The notes under the pieces were generated by a model, which was given only the letters and a program-made list of their open reading frames with translations, was not told the origin of the DNA and did not search any database. DNA of 64,000 nucleotides from positions 864,001 to 928,000 of the forward strand of contig CAXRHT010000001.1 in assembly GCA_964230645.1 (NCBI GenBank), written 5' to 3'. The position numbers and the translations under genes were made by a program. Origin of the DNA: Bdellovibrionales bacterium. GTDB taxonomy: Bacteria > Bdellovibrionota > Bdellovibrionia > Bdellovibrionales > JAGQZY01. This document shows, in pieces, positions 48,061 through 58,065 of this stretch; position 1 is the stretch's first letter; each line of letters begins with the position of its first letter.

Positions 48061-49215
48061 ATGGAAATCAGAACATCTATATACACAGACAAAGATTTAC
48101 CTGAATTGCGAAAAGTAGGCATTGATTGGGATTTCTATGATGCTAAGACAAACAGCTACTTGCACAAACTCCATCCATACCCAGCTAAATTCATCCCCCA
48201 GATACCGCACAAAGCTATAAGTGAATGGAGCAAAAAAGGCGACATGATTCTTGACCCCTTTTGCGGCTCAGGGACAACCCTGCTAGAGGCCTCGCTACTG
48301 ATGAGGCCGTCCTTGGGTGTAGACAACAACGGTGTCGCTTGCCTTGTTAGCAAAGTGAAAACTACTAAATACTCGAAAAATGACATAAAGTGCTTCTCAG
48401 AGCTTCTTGAATCAATAAAAGAATCTAAGTCAAAAAAGAAGAACCCATCCACAGCGCCAAGTTATAAAAATATGGACTATTGGTTTGAAGAGGACGCAAT
48501 AGGTGATTTGTCTAAGATAAAATCTTCTATCTTAGAATTTGAGAACAAGAAAGTTGAAGATCTAGGCATGGCAATAATGTCCTCGATAATTGTGAGAACA
48601 TCCAAGCAGGATAGTGACACCAGATACTCCAGAATTGATCGCGAATATTCTAAAGGCGATGCTTTTGATTGGTTCCTGAGAAAAGCGAAGACTATCACAA
48701 AGGATCTCTTAGAGTACGTTGATGTAAAAAGAGAAAAATCTAAGGTCAAGCTTGGAGACTCCAGAAAGTTAAAGTTTATTGGGGACAACAGCGTTGATCT
48801 CATTGTAACGTCTCCTCCGTATTTGAATGCCTACGACTACCATAAATATCATAGACATAGACTTCATTGGATAAATGCTGATGTCCCCTTTGCCCGGGAT
48901 CTAGAGATTGGCAAACATGATACCTTTACCCGACCCAAAGCAACTCCTGATCGATATTTCCATGATATGAAGGAATGTTTTACGGAATGGTCTCGCGTTC
49001 TTAAAAAAGGCAAAAAGGCATTTGTTGTCGTCGGCGATGCAATAGTTAGCAAGCAACCAGTCCCTGTTGCTGATCTACTAATTGAAGTCGGACTTGAAAG
49101 CGGATTACTTATTGAACAGCATTACGTCAGGGAGATCAGGAAAGATAAAAAAGCCTTTAACCCCTCTAATTCAAGACTTGGACAAGAGCATTTACTTTTA
49201 TTCAAGAACAAATAG
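48061..49215 (+). CDS. Second DNA amino-methyltransferase, alpha class, probably m4C
   Basis: HPYPAKFIPQI, ILDPFCGSGTT, VTSPPY, RVLKKG. Confidence 0.92.
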   Translation: MEIRTSIYTDKDLPELRKVGIDWDFYDAKTNSYLHKLHPYPAKFIPQIPHKAISEWSKKGDMILDPFCGSGTTLLEASLLMRPSLGVDNNGVACLVSKVKTTKYSKNDIKCFSELLESIKESKSKKKNPSTAPSYKNMDYWFEEDAIGDLSKIKSSILEFENKKVEDLGMAIMSSIIVRTSKQDSDTRYSRIDREYSKGDAFDWFLRKAKTITKDLLEYVDVKREKSKVKLGDSRKLKFIGDNSVDLIVTSPPYLNAYDYHKYHRHRLHWINADVPFARDLEIGKHDTFTRPKATPDRYFHDMKECFTEWSRVLKKGKKAFVVVGDAIVSKQPVPVADLLIEVGLESGLLIEQHYVREIRKDKKAFNPSNSRLGQEHLLLFKNK

Positions 49216-49712
49216 GACTTTATTATGGAAAAAGGATATTGAGTTCCAGTAGTTGGTAAATACACTTCAAATGATTTAACTGTTTAAAGACGTGAAAAAT
49301 ATTAAATGGCTCGGGTTAATCTCGCGCTCGTTTTTGCAACTTACAACTCTGTCCCAAAACCTATAGTGCTGATTTCCAAGGTCAGCATACGTGGCGTTTC
49401 GCAGAGGTCTTCTGGCCTTCGCCTCCTCTGTAGCCGTTCGATGAATATACGTCTCTAGTCCTTGAAATTTACCGATATGGTCCCGGGTCCTGTCGACTCT
49501 CTACTGGTTGGATAAGGCCAGTGCTTTATTTCACGATCCACTGAAATGGGGGGCACAAGATTTTCGGAAGTTTGAATATCCAAAACTAGCCTGTAGCATG
49601 ATTTCGCTCAAATCGTCTCATTTTGAAACCCTAATAGAAACTAATCCAGACAACTTCAAAATGAGCGCAACTATTTTCTCTTTTATGCGTTCTCCTACTA
49701 ACATAGGGGGCT

Positions 49713-50789
49713 ATGATGAAAGTTTTAAACTGTTTATCACTTTTACTGATTTTAGTTTATTTTCAAAACTGTAGTGAACCTTCCTCAGGTGGAATCGGTG
49801 ACCAGCCAACGTCTGGAAATGATACGGACTACAATAAATTAAGGATCAATCGTGCCAATTCTCTTATTGATCCGGAGTTTGAGCACCGGGCTGACTTTAT
49901 TTATCCTACTAATCCTAATTCTGCTACGGATGTTGTAGTTCTCATCCATGGCGGTGGTGGTGAGAAGCACCAATTTGCTAATTCCTTGGGATTTAAAAAT
50001 GAAAATGATCCTGACTACAATTTTGAGACCCCGAACTATAGACAAGAGTACTTGGATTCTCACAATTTAGCCTTTGTTTTTGTGCAGGGATTTAATAGAG
50101 AGTCTCAACCTCAGGCCTATACCTGGGATAATACTATTATGGTTTCAGGACATGATGATAAGGAGCTTTTAAAGCGCCTAGCTAGTTATTTACGAAATAC
50201 AGAGGGGTTTAATAAAGTCTTTCTCATGGGTCATTCTATGGGCGGGAGTATGACCAATCGGATGTGGTGTGAGGCTTCGGCTCATTTTGATGGGTTTGGA
50301 AGTTCCGCTGGGCCCATGTCCCCTACTGTTTTTGATTCTTGTAACCCTGAGACCTATAAACCCTATATTCATGTAACAGGCCTTAATGATAGAATCATTC
50401 AACTGGTGGAACAAAGAATTGGGGGAAGTACGATCAATCACCATGATGACGAGTTCTTAGAGCTTGATTCTGTGACAAGGCTTGCTGGTGGTGAGGCTTT
50501 CGTGCACCCGACTCCTGAGTTCAAAAATGAACTGGTTTCTTATCCTCAACGTGTGGACTGGGTCTGCGGAGAAACTACAAACGCTCCGGCACGAATTCCT
50601 GATAGCTTTTCCTGGCACACAGAAATCTATAGCCAGTGTGGTGGAAAAATAAAAATGATGCTTTTAAAAGACAAGGATCATTGTACAGGAGGAGAGGGGG
50701 GAACCTATAAATGTGATATTCCTCTCACCACCCTTGGGACTACAGATCATTTGGATCGCTTTATCGAATTCTTCAATGAAAACCGATAA
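49713..50789 (+). CDS. Lipoprotein alpha/beta hydrolase (esterase/PHB-depolymerase-like)
   Basis: YFQNC signal; IHGGGG, GHSMGG, G.ND, DH. Confidence 0.8.
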   Translation: MMKVLNCLSLLLILVYFQNCSEPSSGGIGDQPTSGNDTDYNKLRINRANSLIDPEFEHRADFIYPTNPNSATDVVVLIHGGGGEKHQFANSLGFKNENDPDYNFETPNYRQEYLDSHNLAFVFVQGFNRESQPQAYTWDNTIMVSGHDDKELLKRLASYLRNTEGFNKVFLMGHSMGGSMTNRMWCEASAHFDGFGSSAGPMSPTVFDSCNPETYKPYIHVTGLNDRIIQLVEQRIGGSTINHHDDEFLELDSVTRLAGGEAFVHPTPEFKNELVSYPQRVDWVCGETTNAPARIPDSFSWHTEIYSQCGGKIKMMLLKDKDHCTGGEGGTYKCDIPLTTLGTTDHLDRFIEFFNENR

Positions 50790-50802
50790 CAGACATTCAA
50801 AC

Positions 50803-52410
50803 TCACCTAATTTCAGGATAAATTCCGATCACCTCGAGCATCTTATCAACCTGACCTTGGGTGATGCTCTCTTGTCCTGATATCTTATACCAATAGCTCA
50901 TAATATTAGTGATTACACCAGGGTCCATTAAATCTGTATGAGTCTCACAATCAAAATCATAACTATGAGTTGAAGGGTTAAAGACCTGTTTGCAGGCGTA
51001 CTCACTATCGACAAACATATTTGAGTGTCCTTGAACGGAATCGTATAAAAACTGCTCACTTCCTTCATAATCTCCGTTCCAAGAAATGTGAAATGCAGTC
51101 CCGCCATTTACGGATTGATAGTACTTCGAGCCATAAGGATCAAAGGGAGTGTCGTCAATATTGTCACCCGGCTGAAATCCGAATCTATCTGTATCAATTG
51201 AATAAGCTATCTCATAATTCCAATTGGTACTGCCTTCCCATAAAATCCAGTTCGAAACTCCTTGATTATGGTTAACTCTTAAGGCCATAGTTTCAAATGT
51301 ATGAGGAAGACCAAAATTATGACCTAATTCGTGAATTAAAGTATGGTCATGGGATGAATTGGAAACCACAGCGCCTTTCCTTGCTCCATAGCTAATACCT
51401 CCTACCCGGTTTCTGCTCATTGTTGAGTCGAATAAAAAGACAGTCTCACTGGTAGGAGAAATATAATCGAGCAAGCATTCTTTGTGATTAGAGCTTACAA
51501 AATCGATTATAGGCTCTCCTTCACAAACCACTTCCTTTTCTTCATACGTGTCTAAAATAGGCCTCATATGGCCCTCTAAGATTTTATTCATGGTCTCAAT
51601 TTGTTCACTGACTTTAAAGTGAGTAAAACTCGCACTATTATCTTTAGTAGAGTTTATCAAATTATACCGGAAGGTAGGAAGGTTTGAGGGAAGCACTTTA
51701 ATTTCAAAAACTTTAGTTATCGATTCACCGGAGGTAAAGCTTACTCTAAAATCAAGAGTATATGTGCCGGCTTCTTTAACCCCTCCTTTGAGTTCTGTGT
51801 AAAATTGACCTTCTCTAGGAATAATAAAAGAGATGACACCACTTTCGTGTATTCTCTGAGCATAAACACTCTCCCCTGCCATATTGGAGACAATTGTGAA
51901 AACTTTGTTAAAGTTTTCTACCGTAACTCTTTCAACTTTTTTATGAGCATTGAAATTTAAACGAATCAATTTTTCACCAAACTCTCCTTCAGTGAAAGTC
52001 GTTTTAGGAAGAGTGATTAAATCAGGGTATTTTTCAGCCTCATCGGGCTTTTCTTGAATAGAAACAGAGACTCTAATATGGGAAACGCCCCCTTTTGCTA
52101 GTGCCCTAAACTTCAAGGAATAAACCCCCGCTTGCCCCACCTCCGGACGCCAAAGAAAATATCCCACCTCTTCATCGAACGAACTCCCTTCAGGTGGATT
52201 ATCAAGTTTGTAGACAATTTTCTCTTCCACCTCTTGAGTGACTTCTAATTGAATCCCAAATGCTTCCTCCTCTTCATATACCTGAGGAGAAACAGGAACT
52301 AGGGTGGGAGGGTTATCACCCTCTGGAATAGACTCTAAAACTTTGTCCTCACTAGGAGGATTAGAACAAGCGACTAAAAATAAAAGACCTAGTGCAAAAA
52401 CGTACCTCAT
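50803..52410 (-). CDS. Lipoprotein with Ig-like domain and M43-like zinc metalloprotease
   Basis: LVAC; PEGSSFD..G.F.W.P; HELGHNFGLPHTF, DDTP, NIMSY. Confidence 0.8.
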   Translation of the reverse strand: MRYVFALGLLFLVACSNPPSEDKVLESIPEGDNPPTLVPVSPQVYEEEEAFGIQLEVTQEVEEKIVYKLDNPPEGSSFDEEVGYFLWRPEVGQAGVYSLKFRALAKGGVSHIRVSVSIQEKPDEAEKYPDLITLPKTTFTEGEFGEKLIRLNFNAHKKVERVTVENFNKVFTIVSNMAGESVYAQRIHESGVISFIIPREGQFYTELKGGVKEAGTYTLDFRVSFTSGESITKVFEIKVLPSNLPTFRYNLINSTKDNSASFTHFKVSEQIETMNKILEGHMRPILDTYEEKEVVCEGEPIIDFVSSNHKECLLDYISPTSETVFLFDSTMSRNRVGGISYGARKGAVVSNSSHDHTLIHELGHNFGLPHTFETMALRVNHNQGVSNWILWEGSTNWNYEIAYSIDTDRFGFQPGDNIDDTPFDPYGSKYYQSVNGGTAFHISWNGDYEGSEQFLYDSVQGHSNMFVDSEYACKQVFNPSTHSYDFDCETHTDLMDPGVITNIMSYWYKISGQESITQGQVDKMLEVIGIYPEIR

Positions 52411-52812
52411 AATCTTATTTTCTTAAATTATTGATAGTTTTCATATTCATTTCCCGTCAACAAGCGTAATTTTCTTGAATTGGTAAAATAATCGTATCAA
52501 TCACGGAAAAATTTTTTTGGAAAAGATTTATATCTAAAAAATCTAACGAAGAGCTCCATCAGAGGAGGATGAGGTTAAAATAACGTATTCCTAGCGCTAA
52601 AGAAAAAAACATCCCGGCCAAAGAAAATACCAAAAGTTAATAAATGATTAAGTCGAGGAGATTTCAGAACCATTTAATTAGCTAGATTTAACAATAGAGT
52701 GATAACAACTTTTTCCAAAAGTAAAATCTTTTACCTTAAGATTCTGATGTTAAGCCCGAAAAAGTTGCTGCCGCTCGTTTATTGACTCGGCATCTGAAAC
52801 AAAGGAGTAAGC

Positions 52813-53979
52813 GTGAAAAAATTTATCTTTATCATCTACATCGGACTAATCTGTGCCTGTAGCAGTAGTGAAAACAGCAGTAGCAGTGGCTCGAATAATG
52901 ACCCCTCTGGCACTAACTTCTTAAAGTTTAATCCACCAGCCATAGCTGAAGAGCAGACTACGTCCTCCCAAAGCTTCGATTTGGAAGGAGCCGCTATTGA
53001 ATCAGATCACAGTATCTTAGCCGTTAGCCATTATAAAGCTTTAACCTTTAACGGAAATCGAGATGGTAAATGTATAGGCGCCCCTGGAACCATCCCATTC
53101 GACCTCTGTATGCTGGAAATGCTAGGAATTGATTCACCAGGCTCGTATTCTGGAGAAGCACCCAATGGAGAAAACGTCACTGTGATCGTCGAAGATCTTG
53201 AGGATAATCCTAATGGTTATGACCTATCAGCTGTAGCTACCAACAAAACTCGCGACCAGATCGTTTTTAAATATAAAGCTAATAGTGACGGTACAAAAGG
53301 AATTATAGAAGGCAATCCAGAAGGAATCTTTGGGGAAAACGGACCCGACTATGTTTATCGTATAATATGGGATGATACGGTATCTCCTGGATTGATTGAA
53401 AGCTATTCATCTGAAGGCAGTCGCAATAGCCCCTCAGACTCTTTCTTTACCTCTAGTTACCTGAAAGCCTTAGTCGTTGATGGCAGCGCTGATCTTGTCA
53501 CTAAAAATTACTTCTTCAATCAATTTATGGGGATAGAAAGTCAGAGTCGCTCTAAGTTCGCCCAAATTCGCGTCAACAGTCAGCGTTCCCTGATTATTAG
53601 CAGTAACTGCGAAGATTTAGACGATCCTACTGAGGGTAGTGAATGTTTCAATTTTTCAGACTCTACCTTAGTCGATACTGAAAACGATAGTAATGTCCTC
53701 CAGTGCTTTGAGACTGATTCCATTTATTACAATGATTTAGTTTTGTCAGATGCCGTGGCATTGTCTAATTCCACTCCTGGGAGTTTCGCGTTCACCGAAA
53801 ACTTCGACGACTCATCATGTGAAAATCTGAAAAACCTGGAACTGAATGAATCTCCTTTCACTATACGATTGGATAAGGATGACGCGGCTTCAAACTCAAT
53901 TAGTGGTATCGCCCATGAGGTGAGGAATAAACCATGGGAAGAGATGAATTTAATTGAGAGCTCCGATTTTTTGGAATGA
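52813..53979 (+). CDS. Hypothetical lipoprotein
   Basis: AAGGAG, GTG start, ICAC lipobox, Ser-rich linker. Confidence 0.75.
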   Translation: MKKFIFIIYIGLICACSSSENSSSSGSNNDPSGTNFLKFNPPAIAEEQTTSSQSFDLEGAAIESDHSILAVSHYKALTFNGNRDGKCIGAPGTIPFDLCMLEMLGIDSPGSYSGEAPNGENVTVIVEDLEDNPNGYDLSAVATNKTRDQIVFKYKANSDGTKGIIEGNPEGIFGENGPDYVYRIIWDDTVSPGLIESYSSEGSRNSPSDSFFTSSYLKALVVDGSADLVTKNYFFNQFMGIESQSRSKFAQIRVNSQRSLIISSNCEDLDDPTEGSECFNFSDSTLVDTENDSNVLQCFETDSIYYNDLVLSDAVALSNSTPGSFAFTENFDDSSCENLKNLELNESPFTIRLDKDDAASNSISGIAHEVRNKPWEEMNLIESSDFLE

Positions 53980-54121
53980 ATGTACTAATGCGAAAAATGA
54001 ATTCTTCATTGAGTTAATCTTATTATCAATATTAAACAGGAAATTCTTGTGGACGGGAATTCCCTTTCAATCATTTTAATTTTTGAGATAATTCAAACAA
54101 AGAAAAACTTAAGGAGCTACA

Positions 54122-55075
54122 ATGGAACGTAAGAACCTCAAATTATGTTTATCAATACTATCTATAATCTTTTTATCTTTCTTTAATACAGCTTGCAGTA
54201 GTGACGGCGGCTCCTCTGGAGGAAACGCTAGCATTGAATCCACAAATGGATTTACAAGCGATGGCTCTCCCCTAACTGTCAATAGAATGGTTGAAAACCC
54301 TAGCTCTTCTTCTCTAAGTACCGCGACGGATTATTATGGGCGATTTGTGGCAGAGGACGATAGCGGCAACCTTTTTGTTGGCACAGCTCACTTTACTCTC
54401 AATCGTGAGGATGACAATACCGCCTACTTTAGTGATTTCTATCTTGATTACTTCGCGCGAGTTACCGGGTACAACTCAAGTACTACAATTCAAGGGAGCT
54501 CTTCGGATTTAGGAGTTCCCGTTGGATATAACTCAAATACCAACTCAGTAACGATTGCTAACTCTAGCCAACGAATTATGAGCTTTTCCGTTGATTTTAC
54601 TGACAATTCAAACATCAACGATGTTAATGCCGCGACTATGGTCTTCTCCACTGATTTTACAACGATGGTTGGTGGTGCTTCAGACTTTTTCTTTGTCGCA
54701 CAAAAAGCCAGCGCTCATTCCACAGCCTCTATTGATGATCTTGATGGGGCTTGGGGGCTGGTTAATTTCACAGCCGCTAGTGGTGAGATGACCATTGATT
54801 CTTTTGCTCAAGTCGTAGCAACAGGGACTGGAGGCAACGACCTGCAAGCCTTTACTGGTCAAAATGAATCCGGTGGCGCTCCCTACGGGGGAGAGTACGA
54901 TATTGTCGATGCTAACGCTGGAGCTTTTGCCTTTGGATTTGATTTAGAATATCAAGCCGGTGATACGCCCACAGCCAGTGGTGATATTCATGGGATTTTC
55001 CTACAATCGCCTGATAAAAATGTTTTGTTCGGCGTTAATAGCCTTGAGAGCATTATTTTTGCAGCCACGCGCTAG
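54122..55075 (+). CDS. Hypothetical lipoprotein (beta-rich)
   Basis: AAGGAG RBS, NTAC lipobox. Confidence 0.75.
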   Translation: MERKNLKLCLSILSIIFLSFFNTACSSDGGSSGGNASIESTNGFTSDGSPLTVNRMVENPSSSSLSTATDYYGRFVAEDDSGNLFVGTAHFTLNREDDNTAYFSDFYLDYFARVTGYNSSTTIQGSSSDLGVPVGYNSNTNSVTIANSSQRIMSFSVDFTDNSNINDVNAATMVFSTDFTTMVGGASDFFFVAQKASAHSTASIDDLDGAWGLVNFTAASGEMTIDSFAQVVATGTGGNDLQAFTGQNESGGAPYGGEYDIVDANAGAFAFGFDLEYQAGDTPTASGDIHGIFLQSPDKNVLFGVNSLESIIFAATR

Positions 55076-55117
55076 ATTATGGTAGGTAAACTGAGGGGAG
55101 CTTCTCCCCTCTCTTAA

Positions 55118-56329
55118 CTACTCTAAAGCCTTCAGGATAGTCTTAGTCTGGGTTCCACTCGTTTCGATAATTAATTCCAAGTTATTTAAACGAGAAAACT
55201 CTCGGACAATTGGCAGTCCGAAGCCCGAGCCTTTTTCTTGGTGGGTGGCTCCCGGGTCAAACTCTATACCCTGAGTCGTTATCGTAACTTTAGACTCTTC
55301 GCTTACAACCTCAATCGTTGAACCTTCAAAACAGTACTTCACGGCGTTTGAAATTAAATTATCTAACAGGTGCACTCTGAAGTGGACAGGATTGACTAGG
55401 GGGCTAAAATCTGACTTTTTAATATAATTCACGCTTAAATTTCTTTCATTAATTTTAGACTGAAATCCTGCGAGGCAATCGTTTAAAATTGACTCGAAGT
55501 CTATCTGCTCCTTTAAAGGTGAATCCTCATCCTTGCTGCTAGAATTATTGAGGAGAATCTTTTTAATATTGGTAATGTATTTGAGGCTCATTCGGGCGCG
55601 AGAGGGTAATTGCTTGTTGGCATCCAATATTTCCAAATTGGCAGATAAAAGGGCGACGTTTCTTCCTACGTCGTGGGAAAGAATACGGAAGAGCTTTTCG
55701 TTTTCCCGATACTGCAACTCTAATGAGAGCCTTTTTTCAAGTAATTCATTCGAGAGCCTTTTATTTGTCAGGTAGTAGTAACCGAAAATCCCTAGCATGA
55801 GAATAGGTCCGCTTGATAAGTTTGAAAGCCCTACTTGATACCACTGCTCCTTATTGAATTCATTCCAAGTAAAGGTGTAGGTGTGCGCTAGAAACATCAG
55901 AAGTGATGAGACTGACATCGAAACAACACTCCAAATGGTGCCCCACTTGAATCCACAAAGGGGTATACTAAAAAGGGGGACTGCACAAAAGAACATCATT
56001 GAAGGGTTAACCTGCATTCCAGCGTTTACGTTCACACCGATTAAACCTAAAACCGTTAGAAAGCAGATTAAACCGAATATCGTATCACTTTTTCCGATTT
56101 TTGCTTTGTAGAGGAATAAAAGTACCGAAATACCAATGAGATCAATCAAGCAGATTAATGAATCAATATAGATACCCAAAGCAAAACAGAAGACCACTTG
56201 AAAGCCCCACATGTATAGGGCAATTAGGCAGATACCGATTTTCACCCCTTCATTAGGAGCACCATCTCTTTTGAAAGATTGGGTAAACCTAATGTGAAGT
56301 TCGATAAGGAAATTAGCTAGCTTCTGCAA
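55118..56329 (-). CDS. Membrane sensor histidine kinase (degenerate G1 box)
   Basis: Multiple TMs, LSHDV H-box, NLISNAVKY, GSGFGL. Confidence 0.8.
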   Translation of the reverse strand: MQKLANFLIELHIRFTQSFKRDGAPNEGVKIGICLIALYMWGFQVVFCFALGIYIDSLICLIDLIGISVLLFLYKAKIGKSDTIFGLICFLTVLGLIGVNVNAGMQVNPSMMFFCAVPLFSIPLCGFKWGTIWSVVSMSVSSLLMFLAHTYTFTWNEFNKEQWYQVGLSNLSSGPILMLGIFGYYYLTNKRLSNELLEKRLSLELQYRENEKLFRILSHDVGRNVALLSANLEILDANKQLPSRARMSLKYITNIKKILLNNSSSKDEDSPLKEQIDFESILNDCLAGFQSKINERNLSVNYIKKSDFSPLVNPVHFRVHLLDNLISNAVKYCFEGSTIEVVSEESKVTITTQGIEFDPGATHQEKGSGFGLPIVREFSRLNNLELIIETSGTQTKTILKALE

Positions 56330-57003
56330 AGAACGACACCTTGGCCCCGTAAAGTTTTTACTGTCAGATCTAGGAAGGTAATCTTTTTCCTGAGATTTGA
56401 GAGAATGGTATTAAAGTTGTTGTCCGTTACAATGTAGTTTTCTCCATAAAATGAGTGTATTAAAACTTCTTTGGCCACAGGTTCAGTATTCTGGGCAATG
56501 GTCTTGAGTATAAACTTCTCAAATTCATTGAACTCAAGATCCCCACTATGTTTGGGATAAACTAGAGCTGAGGATATATCGTCGATAATCATCGCAATTT
56601 GATTATGGATAGAAAATTTTAAGAGCCTTGAGGAAAAAAGCTCTTTTTTAACTCTTTGGATAATTTCAGCATTACTCATTAAGGTATTCACCAGCTCCAC
56701 TTGATTCTCAACCAAAGCCTTTTCAAACAGCCCCTGATCAGGAGATGACGTTTTCAAAATAAAAGGAATCTTACCAAAAAAGGGGTCCATCGAGATTCTT
56801 TTTAAAACCTCGAAACCGTCCTCTTTTGGCATATAGATATCACAGAAAATTAGGTCCACCAGGTGACCATTTTCTTTTAAGTAGGTTTCCGCTTGTTCAA
56901 AGTTCGACGCCGCAAAAACTTCCAATCCCTCTGAGATTAAAAGTTCCTGATAAAGTTCTAGAAATTCTGGATCATCATCGATCAATAAAACCTGGTCGCT
57001 CAC
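56317..57003 (-). CDS. Response regulator (REC + OmpR-type wHTH)
   Basis: LIDDD, CDIYMP.DG, SNLRKKI, TLRGQG. Confidence 0.85.
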   Translation of the reverse strand: MSDQVLLIDDDPEFLELYQELLISEGLEVFAASNFEQAETYLKENGHLVDLIFCDIYMPKEDGFEVLKRISMDPFFGKIPFILKTSSPDQGLFEKALVENQVELVNTLMSNAEIIQRVKKELFSSRLLKFSIHNQIAMIIDDISSALVYPKHSGDLEFNEFEKFILKTIAQNTEPVAKEVLIHSFYGENYIVTDNNFNTILSNLRKKITFLDLTVKTLRGQGVVLCRS

Positions 57004-57340
57004 TCGCCCCCCTCAACTCAGATTTACTAACGATATTATATATTTAAGTAAAAAATAAACAATTTCAACATGATAAGGTAATTTAATTTACCTTTATCTA
57101 GTCGGGTCTTCCATTTTAAAATTTATATATTCCAGAACAGGAATCTCATTAAAATTAGAAGGACTGTACGGAACAGTTGTTTTATTTTTTTAATTTAGAC
57201 AGGCATAAGTCGTTTCGGGGTTCAAACGTTCACCCTTGGATTCATGTGAGCGAGAAACCTTTCCTGTCAGAAGAAAAAAGCAAAGGATTTTTATTTTGTC
57301 TACCGATCAAGAGCAAAGATTTAAAAGGGATAGAAAAATT

Positions 57341-57610
57341 ATGATGAAAGAAACTCTTCCAGCTCTGTTGAGAAATAAAGATATTACAATTAAAGAGCTC
57401 TCTAGATTGAGTGAGGTTTCACCGTCGACTATTTACGAATGGAAAAATGGTCGAATACCTGCAAATATTCAAAACGTCCGAGCCGTAGCAGAGATACTCG
57501 AAGTAACACTCTACTACCTTCTGTACGGCACTCATGATCCGCAAAGCTCTACTCATGAGATATCGGAGAACATAGAGGGCACCTATCTCATTACTATTAA
57601 GAAAAATTAG
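57341..57610 (+). CDS. XRE-family HTH regulator
   Basis: ELSRLSEVSPSTIYEWKNGRIP..VAEILEVTL.YLL. Confidence 0.85.
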   Translation: MMKETLPALLRNKDITIKELSRLSEVSPSTIYEWKNGRIPANIQNVRAVAEILEVTLYYLLYGTHDPQSSTHEISENIEGTYLITIKKN

Positions 57611-57665
57611 AAATAAAGATTCAATTTAACTGAAGCATCAATTGCTGCAACTGGAGGATTTTATA

Positions 57666-58022
57666 ATGGATCAAAATACTTTACTTTTACTAGGCTCTGT
57701 TAAGATTAGAAATGTGGAAACTGGACAAGAAAAAATTATTGAGGCTAAAGGCTTTGATGTTCTTGGCTTCTTCTTTCCTTTTATTCGTTTACTTATGGCT
57801 GGCCGTTTTGCTCTTGCCGCTGGATTTGTATTCACAATCTTCTTATACCCTGTATGGTCATGGTATATTGGTTTTAATTTCAAAAAAATGAATCTCGAAT
57901 ATCACCTCTCCCATGGTTGGGTTATTGCCACAGGCGATGCTCCTAGGAATAACTCCAATGACAACAATGAGGGGCGTTCTACTACAAAAAGTCAAGAAAT
58001 TGATTCATCCCTTGCCGCCTAG
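57666..58022 (+). CDS. Small membrane protein
   Basis: GGAGG RBS; GF..FFFPF, TM segment, L.HGW. Confidence 0.65.
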   Translation: MDQNTLLLLGSVKIRNVETGQEKIIEAKGFDVLGFFFPFIRLLMAGRFALAAGFVFTIFLYPVWSWYIGFNFKKMNLEYHLSHGWVIATGDAPRNNSNDNNEGRSTTKSQEIDSSLAA

Positions 58023-58065
58023 GGATGGGGCACGTATGGGATCGTCTCTTTAGGGCGGTCTCTTT

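Noticed and set aside
49277..49500. GC-richer stretch after the second MTase (gene remnant or ncRNA)
   Set aside because: A short minus-strand open frame lacks a start and resembles nothing I recognise; no convincing RNA structure
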